This document shows, one piece after another, positions 41,026 to 50,934 of a DNA stretch of 54,045 nt. Source of the DNA: Eubacteriales bacterium (GTDB taxonomy: Bacteria > Bacillota > Clostridia > Oscillospirales > CAG-272); contig JAZRGD010000068.1 in assembly GCA_045644045.1 (NCBI GenBank), positions 1 through 54,045 of the forward strand, written 5' to 3'. The stretch's first letter is position 1, and each line of letters begins with the position of its first letter. Made by a program: the position numbers and the translations under genes. The notes beneath the pieces are model-generated. The model searched no databases. It was not told where the DNA came from and saw only the letters and a list, made by a program, of their open reading frames with translations.

Positions 41026-42057
41026 ATGAATATGAATTTTATCCGCAAGCTCCCTATTCCCAAGGACATCAAGGAGGAGTTTCCTCTGACGGCGGCGATG
41101 GCCGCCGTCAAGGAAAAGAACGACCGCGAGATCGCGGACGTGTTTACGGGCAAGGATGATCGCTTTGCCCTCATCATCGGCCCTTGCTCCGCCGACCGCG
41201 AGGACGCGGTGCTGGAATACATCGGCAAGCTTCGCGTATTGCAGGAGAAGGTGAAGGACAGGGTGCTGATCATTCCCCGTATCTACACCAACAAGCCCCG
41301 CACCACGGGCGACGGCTACAAGGGGATGCTCCATCAGCCCAACCCCAACGAGGCCCCCGACCTCTTAAAGGGCATCATTGCCATTCGCAAAATTCATCTG
41401 CGCGCCATTGAGGAGACGGGCTTCTCCTGTGCCGACGAGATGCTCTACCCCGAAAACTACCGTTACCTCTCCGATCTGCTCTCCTACGTGGCCATCGGCG
41501 CACGCTCGGTGGAAAACCAGCAGCACCGTCTCACCGCCTCGGGTCTGGATATCCCCGTAGGTCTCAAAAACCCCACCAGCGGCGACATTTCGGTGATGAT
41601 GAACTCCATCACCGCCGCCCAACACCCCCACGCCTTCCTCTATCGCGGCTGGGAGGTGCAGACCACGGGCAACCCCCTCGCCCACGCCATTCTCCGCGGT
41701 TACGTCAACAAGCACGGAGAATCCTTGCCCAACTACCATTACGAGGATCTGCGCCACCTGTACGACATCTACGCGGAATCGGGTCTTGCCAATCCCGCCG
41801 TCATCGTGGACACCAACCACGCGAACTCGGGCAAGAAGTATCTTGAACAAAGCCGTATCGCGGGGGAGGTACTGCACAGCTGTCGCCACTGCCCCGACGT
41901 GAAAAAGATGGTCAAGGGTCTGATGATCGAAAGCTATCTGGTGGACGGTGCCCAAAAGATCGGTGCCGACACGGTGTACGGCCAATCCATCACCGACCCC
42001 TGCATCGGCTGGGACAAGACCGAAAGACTGGTGCTTGACATCGCCGATTTGGTTTGA
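41026..42057 (+). CDS. aroF: DAHP synthase, class I-alpha
   Basis: IIGPCS, KPRTTG.GYKG, AIGARS, GLKNPT, ILRG, DTNHANS, GLMIES, YGQSITDPC. Confidence 0.93.
   Translation: MNMNFIRKLPIPKDIKEEFPLTAAMAAVKEKNDREIADVFTGKDDRFALIIGPCSADREDAVLEYIGKLRVLQEKVKDRVLIIPRIYTNKPRTTGDGYKGMLHQPNPNEAPDLLKGIIAIRKIHLRAIEETGFSCADEMLYPENYRYLSDLLSYVAIGARSVENQQHRLTASGLDIPVGLKNPTSGDISVMMNSITAAQHPHAFLYRGWEVQTTGNPLAHAILRGYVNKHGESLPNYHYEDLRHLYDIYAESGLANPAVIVDTNHANSGKKYLEQSRIAGEVLHSCRHCPDVKKMVKGLMIESYLVDGAQKIGADTVYGQSITDPCIGWDKTERLVLDIADLV
41974..42057 (+). repeat. Direct repeat copy 1: last 28 codons of aroF
   Basis: 77/84 identical to 43042-43125, with a 53-bp exact core (41995-42047 = 43063-43115). Confidence 0.95.
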
Positions 42058-42072
42058 TAAAAAAAGGAAAGT

Positions 42073-42104
42073 AAAAAGGCTGTCGCACAAGCGACAGCCT
42101 TTTT
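42073..42104. terminator. Bidirectional terminator
   Basis: AAAAAGGCTGTCGC-ACAA-GCGACAGCCTTTTT. Confidence 0.85.
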
Positions 42105-42564
42105 ATATTTCTTTCTCCGCAAGGTTGTAAATTTCTTTGTTTTTTCGTTTAGCGTGTTGATACATACGATATGCTCCGCCCCACCCGTGGTCGATAAACG
42201 CGATTACTGCATCAGCTTGCTCTGCCATCCATTTGTTACGCTGTACGATCGCAAATTTAGGAGGAACATTCTCCAAAGGAGGATAAATAACCACATCATA
42301 ACCATCTTTGCGGTAATACGCACGCCGCTTTTGGTATTCTTCATTCAAATACGGCGTTACAAAAGCAAGCTTCACGCCTGCGTGCAATTTCTTATATGCC
42401 CTTGCACAAGAAAAAGAAAAATCGTCAAAAATTCCATATCCCCCAAGATACAGTATTGCTTCTTTTTCGCCTATCAGTTCTTCCAAAAGACGGAGCATTT
42501 TATTCCGAAGCTCCTGTGTTTCTACAAAGTGAGAATGTCCGCAAAACGAAATTATCATAACCAT
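42103..42564 (-). CDS. SLOG superfamily protein (DUF1273/YpsA-like)
   Basis: SFCGH, GGYG.FD, AIVQRNKWM...AD.VIA, GGA....A pattern; AT-rich. Confidence 0.7.
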   Translation of the reverse strand: MVMIISFCGHSHFVETQELRNKMLRLLEELIGEKEAILYLGGYGIFDDFSFSCARAYKKLHAGVKLAFVTPYLNEEYQKRRAYYRKDGYDVVIYPPLENVPPKFAIVQRNKWMAEQADAVIAFIDHGWGGAYRMYQHAKRKNKEIYNLAEKEI

Positions 42565-42571
42565 TTACTCC

Positions 42572-42649
42572 AATATGTAGGTGTGCCTACATATTATAGC
42601 ACACATTGCGCAAAAAATCAATAGCATTATGTAGGCGTGCCTTCTTATA
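42572..42649. promoter_or_regulatory. Twin operator-like palindromes and promoter between the SLOG and XRE genes
   Basis: AATATGTAGG-TGTG-CCTACATATT (42572-42595) and degenerate TATGTAGGCGTGCCTTCTTATA (42628-42649); minus-strand TTGATT-17-TATAAT (42593-42621). Confidence 0.7.
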
Positions 42650-42724
42650 TTTTTACGACACTGTCGCTACAATATGTGTAGTTATACCTTCTTATCTCGC
42701 TTTAAGGAAGAAAGGAGAACTACT

Positions 42725-42970
42725 TTGACTGTCAATCACGCAGTGGCACAGCGCATTTGGTCTCTACTTGAGGAAAAAGGAATGACACAGTACCGCTTGG
42801 AGCAAAAATCGGGGATCCAGCACGGCAGCCTGCAATGCATTATGAACGATCGAAACAAAACGGTAACCCTCACTACTATTTTGCAGTTGGCGCGAGGCTT
42901 CGATATGACACCCGCAGAGTTTCTCGATGACGATATTTTTCTGTCCGAGACGCTGGAAACGGAAAAATAA
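42725..42970 (+). CDS. XRE/Cro-C1 type HTH regulator
   Basis: GMTQYRLEQKSGI.HGSL..IM....KTVTL.TI.QLARGF; TTG start after AAAGGAG. Confidence 0.88.
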   Translation: MTVNHAVAQRIWSLLEEKGMTQYRLEQKSGIQHGSLQCIMNDRNKTVTLTTILQLARGFDMTPAEFLDDDIFLSETLETEK

Positions 42971-43019
42971 TTTTTTATTCACGGCAATAAATATCCACCC
43001 GCGGGTGGTATTCCGATTT

Positions 43020-43130
43020 GTAGGGACCGGCGTCGAGGGCTGTCTACGGCCAGTCTATCACAGACCCCTGCATCGGCTGGGACAAGACCGAAAGACTGGT
43101 GCTTGACATCGCCGAGCTGGTTCGATCCGC
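43020..43130 (+). repeat. GTAG-type REP-like element interrupted by direct repeat copy 2 of the aroF 3' end (43042-43125)
   Basis: GTAGGGACCGGCGTCGA + insert + TCGATCCGC, compared with uninterrupted GTAGGGACCGACGTCGATCCGC at 31663. Confidence 0.8.
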
Positions 43131-43200
43131 AAGCACGAATAAAAGAACTCCCCCGACCTCATACGAGGCCGTGAAATTTTTGCTCGGAAATATTTTTTGA

Positions 43201-45627
43201 TCAGTTGGTCTTTTCGACACCGCTGAGAGCAAGGTAATCGTTCAGCTTATCTGCAAGGATCGTACCCGAGGAATGGGTAAAGGTATGAGTCAGAATGCCA
43301 TCGGCATAGACCTTGATCATGTCGGGAACGTTGCTGTCAGACAGCACTACACCCTCGGAAATGACAGTATCCCAAGAGGAAAATCCGCCCTTGATCGCCA
43401 CGCAGCAAGTGGTATAGCCTTCATTTACGTAAGGATATCCGCCGGCGTAGGTCGTGGTGGTCAACAGAGTATCACCGCTCCACAGCTCGATCACCAAGGA
43501 CTCCTCGGCGTGAATCTTCTCCATGTCGATCTGGATCGCTTGACGCGAGCCGTTTAAGACATAAGCTCTGTAGGCAACCTTGCCGCTGGCGGCAGTCACC
43601 GTGAAGGAGCCGTCCTCCAGCTCTGCCACCCACAGCTTTTCGTTGCCCATCACGATACAATTCGAAATGTTGCCATTGGTGGGATTGGAGGAGAAGGTAC
43701 CACCGCAAAGAGTAACAACGGGATTCCTAGCCGCGTCACCCAGATTGTTTTGAATGTCAACAACCTTTCCGAGTGCCTCAAAGTCTCCGCCGTTCACGGT
43801 AACCTTCGCACCGGTATCCGCAAGGATCATACCGCGGGCAGCGGTGGCAAGCGCGTTGTCGCCGAAGTTATCGTTCTTAAAGACACCGCCGTTCACGATC
43901 AGCTCACCGCCGGAATTCAACACACCGATGACCCAAGGACCGTGAGAGGAGCCCTGACCATTTGCTTCCTCGGCAGTAAGACACTCGGTGGTAAAGGTGC
44001 CGCTGTTTACGGTGACCTTACCGCCGCCGTTGACCGAGATCGCCATAGAGTTGTAGGGTGCGGTGTACATACCCTTTTGCTCAACCAGCACGTTGTCTAC
44101 GGTGATGATCGCGCCTGCCGACTCAATGCCACCGCCGTACTGCGAATAGATCTCCGTATCCTTGATGGCAATGGTGGTGCCGCCACATCCCTTGATGTTC
44201 AGACCATTGCCTCTGTAATTGTAAAGCTTCAAGTCTACAAGCGTCACGTTTGCGGTGCCCTCGGTGCGAACGGTGCCGTACGCGCCGGAGGAATAGTCGC
44301 CCGCCGCTACCATCGTACCGTTCTTCACGGTAACCGCGGAAGCGCCCTTGATAAGCATATTGCGGCTATTCGTGCTTGCGCCGGTAGTAACGGTAAAGGT
44401 CTTTCCGTTCAGGTCGACGGTGATCTGCTTGTCAGCAATCAGCACGCCGTCCGCCTGCTCCACGCTCTGCAGGAAGGTAACGGTATCGCCCACGCCTGCC
44501 GCATCGACGGCAGCCTGTACGGAGTCGTATGCCACGCCATTTACGCTAGCAACGGCATCACCGACCTGAGCTACCTCAACCACGCAGAAGTGCAATGCCT
44601 CGTAGGAGATGGTGCCATCTGCGTTTACAACGGTGCTGGCTACCACCTTGCCGTCGTGATAGATGAGAACGGTCTCACCGGCCGCGAACACGCTCTGGGC
44701 GGGAAGAGTCACCGTAAACGCCTCGGTGTTGGCGGAAAGGTCGATCTCCTCGCCGTTCTGGTCGAGAAATTCCATGTACTCGTAGGTGATGGTCTTATTC
44801 ACCGCGTCCACCACGGGATCGGAGTGGTTGAGAGAAACGTCGGTCACTTCCGCGGGCATACCGTTCAAAACGTCTGCGGGAAGAGTGGTGGATACGCCGT
44901 TCGCGCCTGCCGCCTGAATGACGGTATCCTCAGTAGCATTGTCGGGACGGTCTACGGGAGCGGAGGTGTTGGGATAATAGCCCGCGCCGTTGTCGTAGCC
45001 GTTGTCGAAGCTGTCAGACTCGCTGGCCAGCTGAGTAGCAAGCACGGTCAGGTCGAAGTTGACCTCGCCGCCCTGGTAGTCGTTGCCTGCCTCCTCGTCC
45101 ATATGAATGGCGAGAGCGAAATAATGTACGGCGCCCGTAGCAAGCACTACGTCACCCGAAACGGCCTGAGAGCCGACCTTGACGGTGTTGCCGCCATTCC
45201 AAGCGGTAACGGAATCATACTGCGCGTCGGGAATGATGGCGTACTCCATCACCTCGTACAGATCCTTCGCCACGTTCTCAACGTTCAGCTTAACGGTATA
45301 CTTTAAGTCCAGCGTACCGTTGTTCTTGATGGCCAGGTAGGCCACCTGGGTCTTGCCGGGCTCCCAAAGGGTAGCGCCATTCTCGTCCTGGGCAATGGCG
45401 CCCGTGCCGAAGATGGGCGACGTGCTGTCGCTGATGTCCACGTAGCCGCTGCCGTCGCTGTTCATCAAAAGCTGAACGTCCAGGGTGCCCGCCACGATCT
45501 TGTTGCCCGTGCTGGACGCGGAGTCCGTAAACCAGGCAAAGGTGGTACCTAAAAGCATCGTGAAGCAGAGCAGAAGGGACAGAACGCTCGTCAGCAACGC
45601 TTTTTTGGTATGCTTCATTTTCGTCAT
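43201..45627 (-). CDS. Secreted protein with SipW-class signal peptide / TasA-CalY-like N-terminus and probable beta-helix C-terminus (808 aa)
   Basis: KKALLTSVLSLLLCFTMLLGTTFAWFTD...N.I.AGTLD, WEPG, N.G.L.LKY, AGN.YQG; later G/N/T-rich repeats (VTVNSGTF, LIVNGGVF, VTVNGGDF, VTLCGGTF); AAGGAGG RBS. Confidence 0.8.
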   Translation of the reverse strand: MTKMKHTKKALLTSVLSLLLCFTMLLGTTFAWFTDSASSTGNKIVAGTLDVQLLMNSDGSGYVDISDSTSPIFGTGAIAQDENGATLWEPGKTQVAYLAIKNNGTLDLKYTVKLNVENVAKDLYEVMEYAIIPDAQYDSVTAWNGGNTVKVGSQAVSGDVVLATGAVHYFALAIHMDEEAGNDYQGGEVNFDLTVLATQLASESDSFDNGYDNGAGYYPNTSAPVDRPDNATEDTVIQAAGANGVSTTLPADVLNGMPAEVTDVSLNHSDPVVDAVNKTITYEYMEFLDQNGEEIDLSANTEAFTVTLPAQSVFAAGETVLIYHDGKVVASTVVNADGTISYEALHFCVVEVAQVGDAVASVNGVAYDSVQAAVDAAGVGDTVTFLQSVEQADGVLIADKQITVDLNGKTFTVTTGASTNSRNMLIKGASAVTVKNGTMVAAGDYSSGAYGTVRTEGTANVTLVDLKLYNYRGNGLNIKGCGGTTIAIKDTEIYSQYGGGIESAGAIITVDNVLVEQKGMYTAPYNSMAISVNGGGKVTVNSGTFTTECLTAEEANGQGSSHGPWVIGVLNSGGELIVNGGVFKNDNFGDNALATAARGMILADTGAKVTVNGGDFEALGKVVDIQNNLGDAARNPVVTLCGGTFSSNPTNGNISNCIVMGNEKLWVAELEDGSFTVTAASGKVAYRAYVLNGSRQAIQIDMEKIHAEESLVIELWSGDTLLTTTTYAGGYPYVNEGYTTCCVAIKGGFSSWDTVISEGVVLSDSNVPDMIKVYADGILTHTFTHSSGTILADKLNDYLALSGVEKTN

Positions 45628-45718
45628 GTTATTTTTCCTCCTTATATAATATTTTTGAGTCGACGAAAAATATCTCAAACGCTTGCGCGTAAAGAGCATG
45701 ATGAGCCTCAAAATGCGT

Positions 45719-45777
45719 TTGTACATTTTGCACAAAGAAAACAACAGCCCCCCCCCCGATTTGTTGCATTTGCACAA
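45719..45777. promoter_or_regulatory. Two 17-bp imperfect palindromes separated by a C10 tract
   Basis: TTGTACATTTTGCACAA (45719-45735), C10 (45748-45757), TTGTTGCATTTGCACAA (45761-45777). Confidence 0.6.
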
Positions 45778-45819
45778 CCTCGTCGAGAAGGAGTCTATTA
45801 CCCGTTCTTTTTTCGCTTC

Positions 45820-45848
45820 ATTATAGCACGCCGCCATCATTTTTTCAA
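45820..45848 (-). promoter_or_regulatory. SigA promoter for the TasA-like gene
   Basis: Minus strand TTGAAA-17-TATAAT with extended TG. Confidence 0.7.
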
Positions 45849-45990
45849 TATCTTTTTTCCAATGTTTACAATTTAAAAGCGCGAATTTTTTATTCGTCCT
45901 TTGTTCCGCCTTGCGTATCGGTCACCCACCGCCGACTCATCCCTCGCCCGGAATACGCAAAGAGGGATCTCATCCGTGCCAAAGCGCCCC

Positions 45991-46040
45991 CCTTCCCAAA
46001 AAGGTTTGGGGGTTGGGGGCTTTTCCTTAAAAAGCCCCCG
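45991..46040. repeat. Dispersed palindromic repeat, copy 2
   Basis: Reverse complement CGGGGGCTTTTTAAGGAAAAGCCCCCAACCCCCAAACCTTTTTGGGAAGG matches 31611-31654. Confidence 0.7.
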
Positions 46041-46095
46041 TATTTCTTTTCTCCTTTAAGAAGGTATACCTGCATATTATAACGTGTTCTCTCGC

Positions 46096-46145
46096 AAAAA
46101 AAACAGCCCCATCACTCTGCATTACGCCGTGATGAGGCTGTTTTT
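46096..46145 (-). terminator. Terminator after the Asp-box hydrolase
   Basis: AAAAAAAACAGCCCCATCAC...GTGATGAGGCTGTTTTT. Confidence 0.7.
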
Positions 46146-46151
46146 ATTTTT

Positions 46152-47882
46152 TTATTTTGCCTCGCTTGCCCGTCGGTCGCCCACCGCCTCGGTGGTGAGA
46201 AGGGCGCGCTCGATCAGCTCGGCGCGAGTAACTCCCTTGCCAAAGGTGACCTCGGTCACCTTGCCGATCTCGATCATTTGCAGAGGGATAAAGACCCAAC
46301 CGCAATCCGCGACCTCGGTGCCGTTGTCAAAGCGGCCGTCGATGACGAGGAAGCTGACGTGGGCGGCGGTATCCAGCACCCAAGCGATATGGTGGGGCTT
46401 ACCGTCTGCCACGGGAATGGTGCTTTCGATGGCGAAGCGACAGGTGCGTGAGGACGCCTCCGCGCGGACTCTGCCCTCCTTCGTGACGGCGACGGTGTAG
46501 CCGCCCGTCTGTCGGTTTTCGGCAGACAAAACGGTGTCGCCCGCCGCGAAGCAGCCCTCAAAGAGCCAAGAACAGCCCTTGCCCGTCACTGCCATCCAAT
46601 CCTCTCTTTGGGTATGGTTGGTGGAGGCGAACACCTGGCGCGGAATACCCTCCTTCACCAGAGTCTCCATGGGAATGCCGCTCTGTCTCTTGCAAATGGT
46701 GTTTTGTGAAAAGACGGTCTCCATAAACTCGTCGGGCAGAGGGTGAAGCCTTGCCTCTTGCTTTTCGGTCTCGGAGAGGAGGAAGTGACCGTCCCGTAAA
46801 ATGAGGTCGGGATAGCTCACCGTCTTCAAGGCACTTTCGTGGAACAAAAGGATCTCGGGCTGGCCGAAGGTAAGGGTCTTGCCCTCGGGGGTGTCCGTCT
46901 CAAAGCAGGGACAGCACCAAGCGGGGTTGCGGTACTCATACCCCACGTTTTTGATATTGTGGAACCAATAGAGGTATCTTCCCTCTGGGAATTTCCAAAT
47001 AAAGTTGGCGGCACGGGGGTGCTTTAAGGGCGCGCCGCCCTCGTGGGTGGGAAGCTCCCCCTCCGTAAAGCTTTCTCCGCCGTCACGGCTGTGGAAAATA
47101 ACGGGGTGACCGTTCTCCGAGCGACAGATGATGAACAGAGTGCCATCGGACAGCTTGACACAGCAGGGCTCCTCCAAAACACCGTCCCCGGGCAGGGGCA
47201 AAAGCTCCTTGCCCCCTGCGGGCAGGGTCTCAAAGGCGGCGTTCTTGTTCTTCGCCAAGCCCCTCGCGCGCAACAGCACGCTATGGCTCGTATCGGGGCC
47301 CCTTCCCTGCCAAGAACCGTTCTCGATCCAAGCGGAATAGGGCTTGGCCATGGTCAGGTACAAGTCGTCCCCGTCAAAAAAGGGCTTCGCCACGTTCCAG
47401 AAAAAGCGATAGGGCTTTCCATCCTTGGTTTGACAGGGAAAAAGCCTATCCATCTCGGTGATGGCAATGGGGATCTCTCTTCTTTCCGACCAGGTGTTGC
47501 CGGCATCCGTGGTATAGCGCATGCAGATATGCCCGCCCATGTCGATACGGAAAATGCCGCACTCCGTAGGCTTATAGCCCTCGATATTGTAGTTATAAAT
47601 GCAATAAACGCACCCCTCTCCGTCCACCGCCAGGACACCGTAGGAGGAGTCCTTGCTCTTGTCCTCGGGAGGCGTCGCCATTTCCCAATTCACACCGCCG
47701 TCGGTGCTGCGCAAAACGGAAACGTACTCTCCCGCGTCGCCCTCGCCGCCTGTTCCCGTGGTGACGGCGCAAAGAATCGTGCCGTCGGGAAGCAAGGCGA
47801 GGCTGGGCTGATCGGCGTAGCCGCCCTCCTCGGTGGGAATCAGGTATCCGTTGTTAAAGTGGCGAAAATCCTTGTTCAGCAC
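46152..47882 (-). CDS. BNR/Asp-box (sialidase-fold) hydrolase with probable LamG/ConA-like C-terminal domain
   Basis: Asp boxes STDGGVNW, TTDAGNTW, SRDGGESF; EEP..V.L.DG.L..ICR; SYPD; ADGKPHHIAWV; GTG start after AAGGAG. Confidence 0.75.
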   Translation of the reverse strand: MLNKDFRHFNNGYLIPTEEGGYADQPSLALLPDGTILCAVTTGTGGEGDAGEYVSVLRSTDGGVNWEMATPPEDKSKDSSYGVLAVDGEGCVYCIYNYNIEGYKPTECGIFRIDMGGHICMRYTTDAGNTWSERREIPIAITEMDRLFPCQTKDGKPYRFFWNVAKPFFDGDDLYLTMAKPYSAWIENGSWQGRGPDTSHSVLLRARGLAKNKNAAFETLPAGGKELLPLPGDGVLEEPCCVKLSDGTLFIICRSENGHPVIFHSRDGGESFTEGELPTHEGGAPLKHPRAANFIWKFPEGRYLYWFHNIKNVGYEYRNPAWCCPCFETDTPEGKTLTFGQPEILLFHESALKTVSYPDLILRDGHFLLSETEKQEARLHPLPDEFMETVFSQNTICKRQSGIPMETLVKEGIPRQVFASTNHTQREDWMAVTGKGCSWLFEGCFAAGDTVLSAENRQTGGYTVAVTKEGRVRAEASSRTCRFAIESTIPVADGKPHHIAWVLDTAAHVSFLVIDGRFDNGTEVADCGWVFIPLQMIEIGKVTEVTFGKGVTRAELIERALLTTEAVGDRRASEAK

Positions 47883-47904
47883 GGTGCATTCTCCTTTTGT
47901 TTTT

Positions 47905-47940
47905 AAAAAAGCGTCCGAATCGAAGATACGGACGCTTTTT
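47905..47940 (-). terminator. Terminator after guaB
   Basis: AAAAAAGCGTCCG...CGGACGCTTTTT. Confidence 0.75.
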
Positions 47941-47945
47941 GGCTT

Positions 47946-49418
<1,473 letters not shown>

Positions 49419-49449
49419 TCACTCCTTGGTTTTAATTTTATTACCGATA

Positions 49450-49478
49450 ATTATACCAAAATTCGCGGGAATTGTCAA
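49450..49478 (-). promoter_or_regulatory. SigA promoter for guaB
   Basis: Minus strand TTGACA-17-TATAAT with extended TG. Confidence 0.85.
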
Positions 49479-49583
49479 CCGCTTTGGCGATATTTTTAGG
49501 TGTATTTTTTTCTTTTTTCTCCTTTTTTTCTCTCCCTTCCCTCACCTCCCGCTTTTTTCGGTCGTAAAGTTGTGTTTTTCCTC

Positions 49584-49612
49584 TTGATTTTTGCGTGTGG
49601 GTATGATAAAAT
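49584..49612 (+). promoter_or_regulatory. SigA-type promoter for hom
   Basis: TTGATT-17-TAAAAT with extended TG. Confidence 0.65.
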
Positions 49613-49670
49613 ATATTAAACATCATTTTTATCTCGCCCCGTGTGGGCACAAGGAAAAGGAAGGTCCTCT

Positions 49671-50876
49671 ATGAAGGTTGCTATTTTAGGCTTTGGCGTA
49701 GTCGGAAGCGGCACTGCCCGCATGCTGACGGAAAACGCCTCTCTGCTCGCCTCTCGCGCGGGCAAGGAGATCGAAATCAAATACATCGTGGACGTGCGGG
49801 AGTTCGAGGGATCTCCCTTCGCCCATCTCATCACCAAGGATTTCTCCGCCGTGGAGAACGACCCCGAGGTGGAGGTGGTCATTGAGGTCATCGGCGGCGC
49901 GAAGGTAGCCTACGATTTCACAAAGCGCGCCCTTTTGGCAGGCAAGAGCGTGGTCACCTCCAACAAGGAGCTGGTGGCTACCCACGGCGCGGAGCTGCTG
50001 GAGATCGCCAAGGAAAAGGGCTGCTTCTATCTCTTTGAGGCGGCGGTGGGCGGCGGCATTCCCGTTCTCTCCCCCCTGGTCAACGACGTCTCCCACAACG
50101 AGATCACCGAGGTGTCGGGCATTCTCAACGGCACCACCAACTATATTTTGACGAGAATGTTCTCCTCGGGCGCAAGCTTTGAGGCCGCATTGGCTGAGGC
50201 GCAGGCGAAGGGCTATGCCGAAAAGGACCCCACGGCTGACGTAGAGGGCATTGACGCCGCCCGTAAGACCGCCATCCTGGGCGCGCTCGCAAGCGGCGTG
50301 ATGGTGTCGGGCGAGGAGATCCATACCGAGGGCATCAGCGGCATTCGCGCCGAGGACGTGGCGGCCGCCGCCTCCATCGGCTATTCCATCAAGCTGCTGG
50401 GCCGCTATCTGCGCACGGAGGGAGGAGATACCTTCCTTCTCGTCGCTCCCTTCCTTCTGCCCGCCGACTGTCCTCTCTCCTTTATTTCCGACGTCTACAA
50501 CGGCGTTCTGGTAAGAGGCAACTTTATCGGTGACACCATGTTCTACGGCAGAGGCGCAGGCTCCGACCCCACCGCCAGCGCCGTGGTTTCCGACGTGGAC
50601 AAGCTGGCGAGAGGCGTCGCCCTCCGTCACGCCTTCCGCAATGCCGAGGAGGATGCCGCCACCGACTTCTCCTATTTCTTCGCCCGCCGCTACGTAGCGG
50701 TGGAGGGTGTGGACACGGGTGCCATCGAGATCGTCTTTGGCGAGACCACCCCCATCTCCGCAGAGGAAACCGCATTCTTGACCTCCGAGATGAGCGAAAA
50801 GGATTTTGCCGCCCGCGTCAAGCGTCTTGAGGCCTGCGGCGGTAAGGTCGTCAGCCACATTCGTTTGTATCATTGA
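49671..50876 (+). CDS. hom: Homoserine dehydrogenase
   Basis: GFGVVGSG, VVTSNK, FEAAVGGGIP, GILNGTTNYIL, GYAEKDPTADVEG.DAARK, YGRGAG..PTASAV. Confidence 0.96.
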   Translation: MKVAILGFGVVGSGTARMLTENASLLASRAGKEIEIKYIVDVREFEGSPFAHLITKDFSAVENDPEVEVVIEVIGGAKVAYDFTKRALLAGKSVVTSNKELVATHGAELLEIAKEKGCFYLFEAAVGGGIPVLSPLVNDVSHNEITEVSGILNGTTNYILTRMFSSGASFEAALAEAQAKGYAEKDPTADVEGIDAARKTAILGALASGVMVSGEEIHTEGISGIRAEDVAAAASIGYSIKLLGRYLRTEGGDTFLLVAPFLLPADCPLSFISDVYNGVLVRGNFIGDTMFYGRGAGSDPTASAVVSDVDKLARGVALRHAFRNAEEDAATDFSYFFARRYVAVEGVDTGAIEIVFGETTPISAEETAFLTSEMSEKDFAARVKRLEACGGKVVSHIRLYH

Positions 50877-50934
50877 TCCTAAGGGTCGAGGGCCATGCCC
50901 TCGACCCTTGCTTTAAGAAAGGAGGCGCGCCCTC

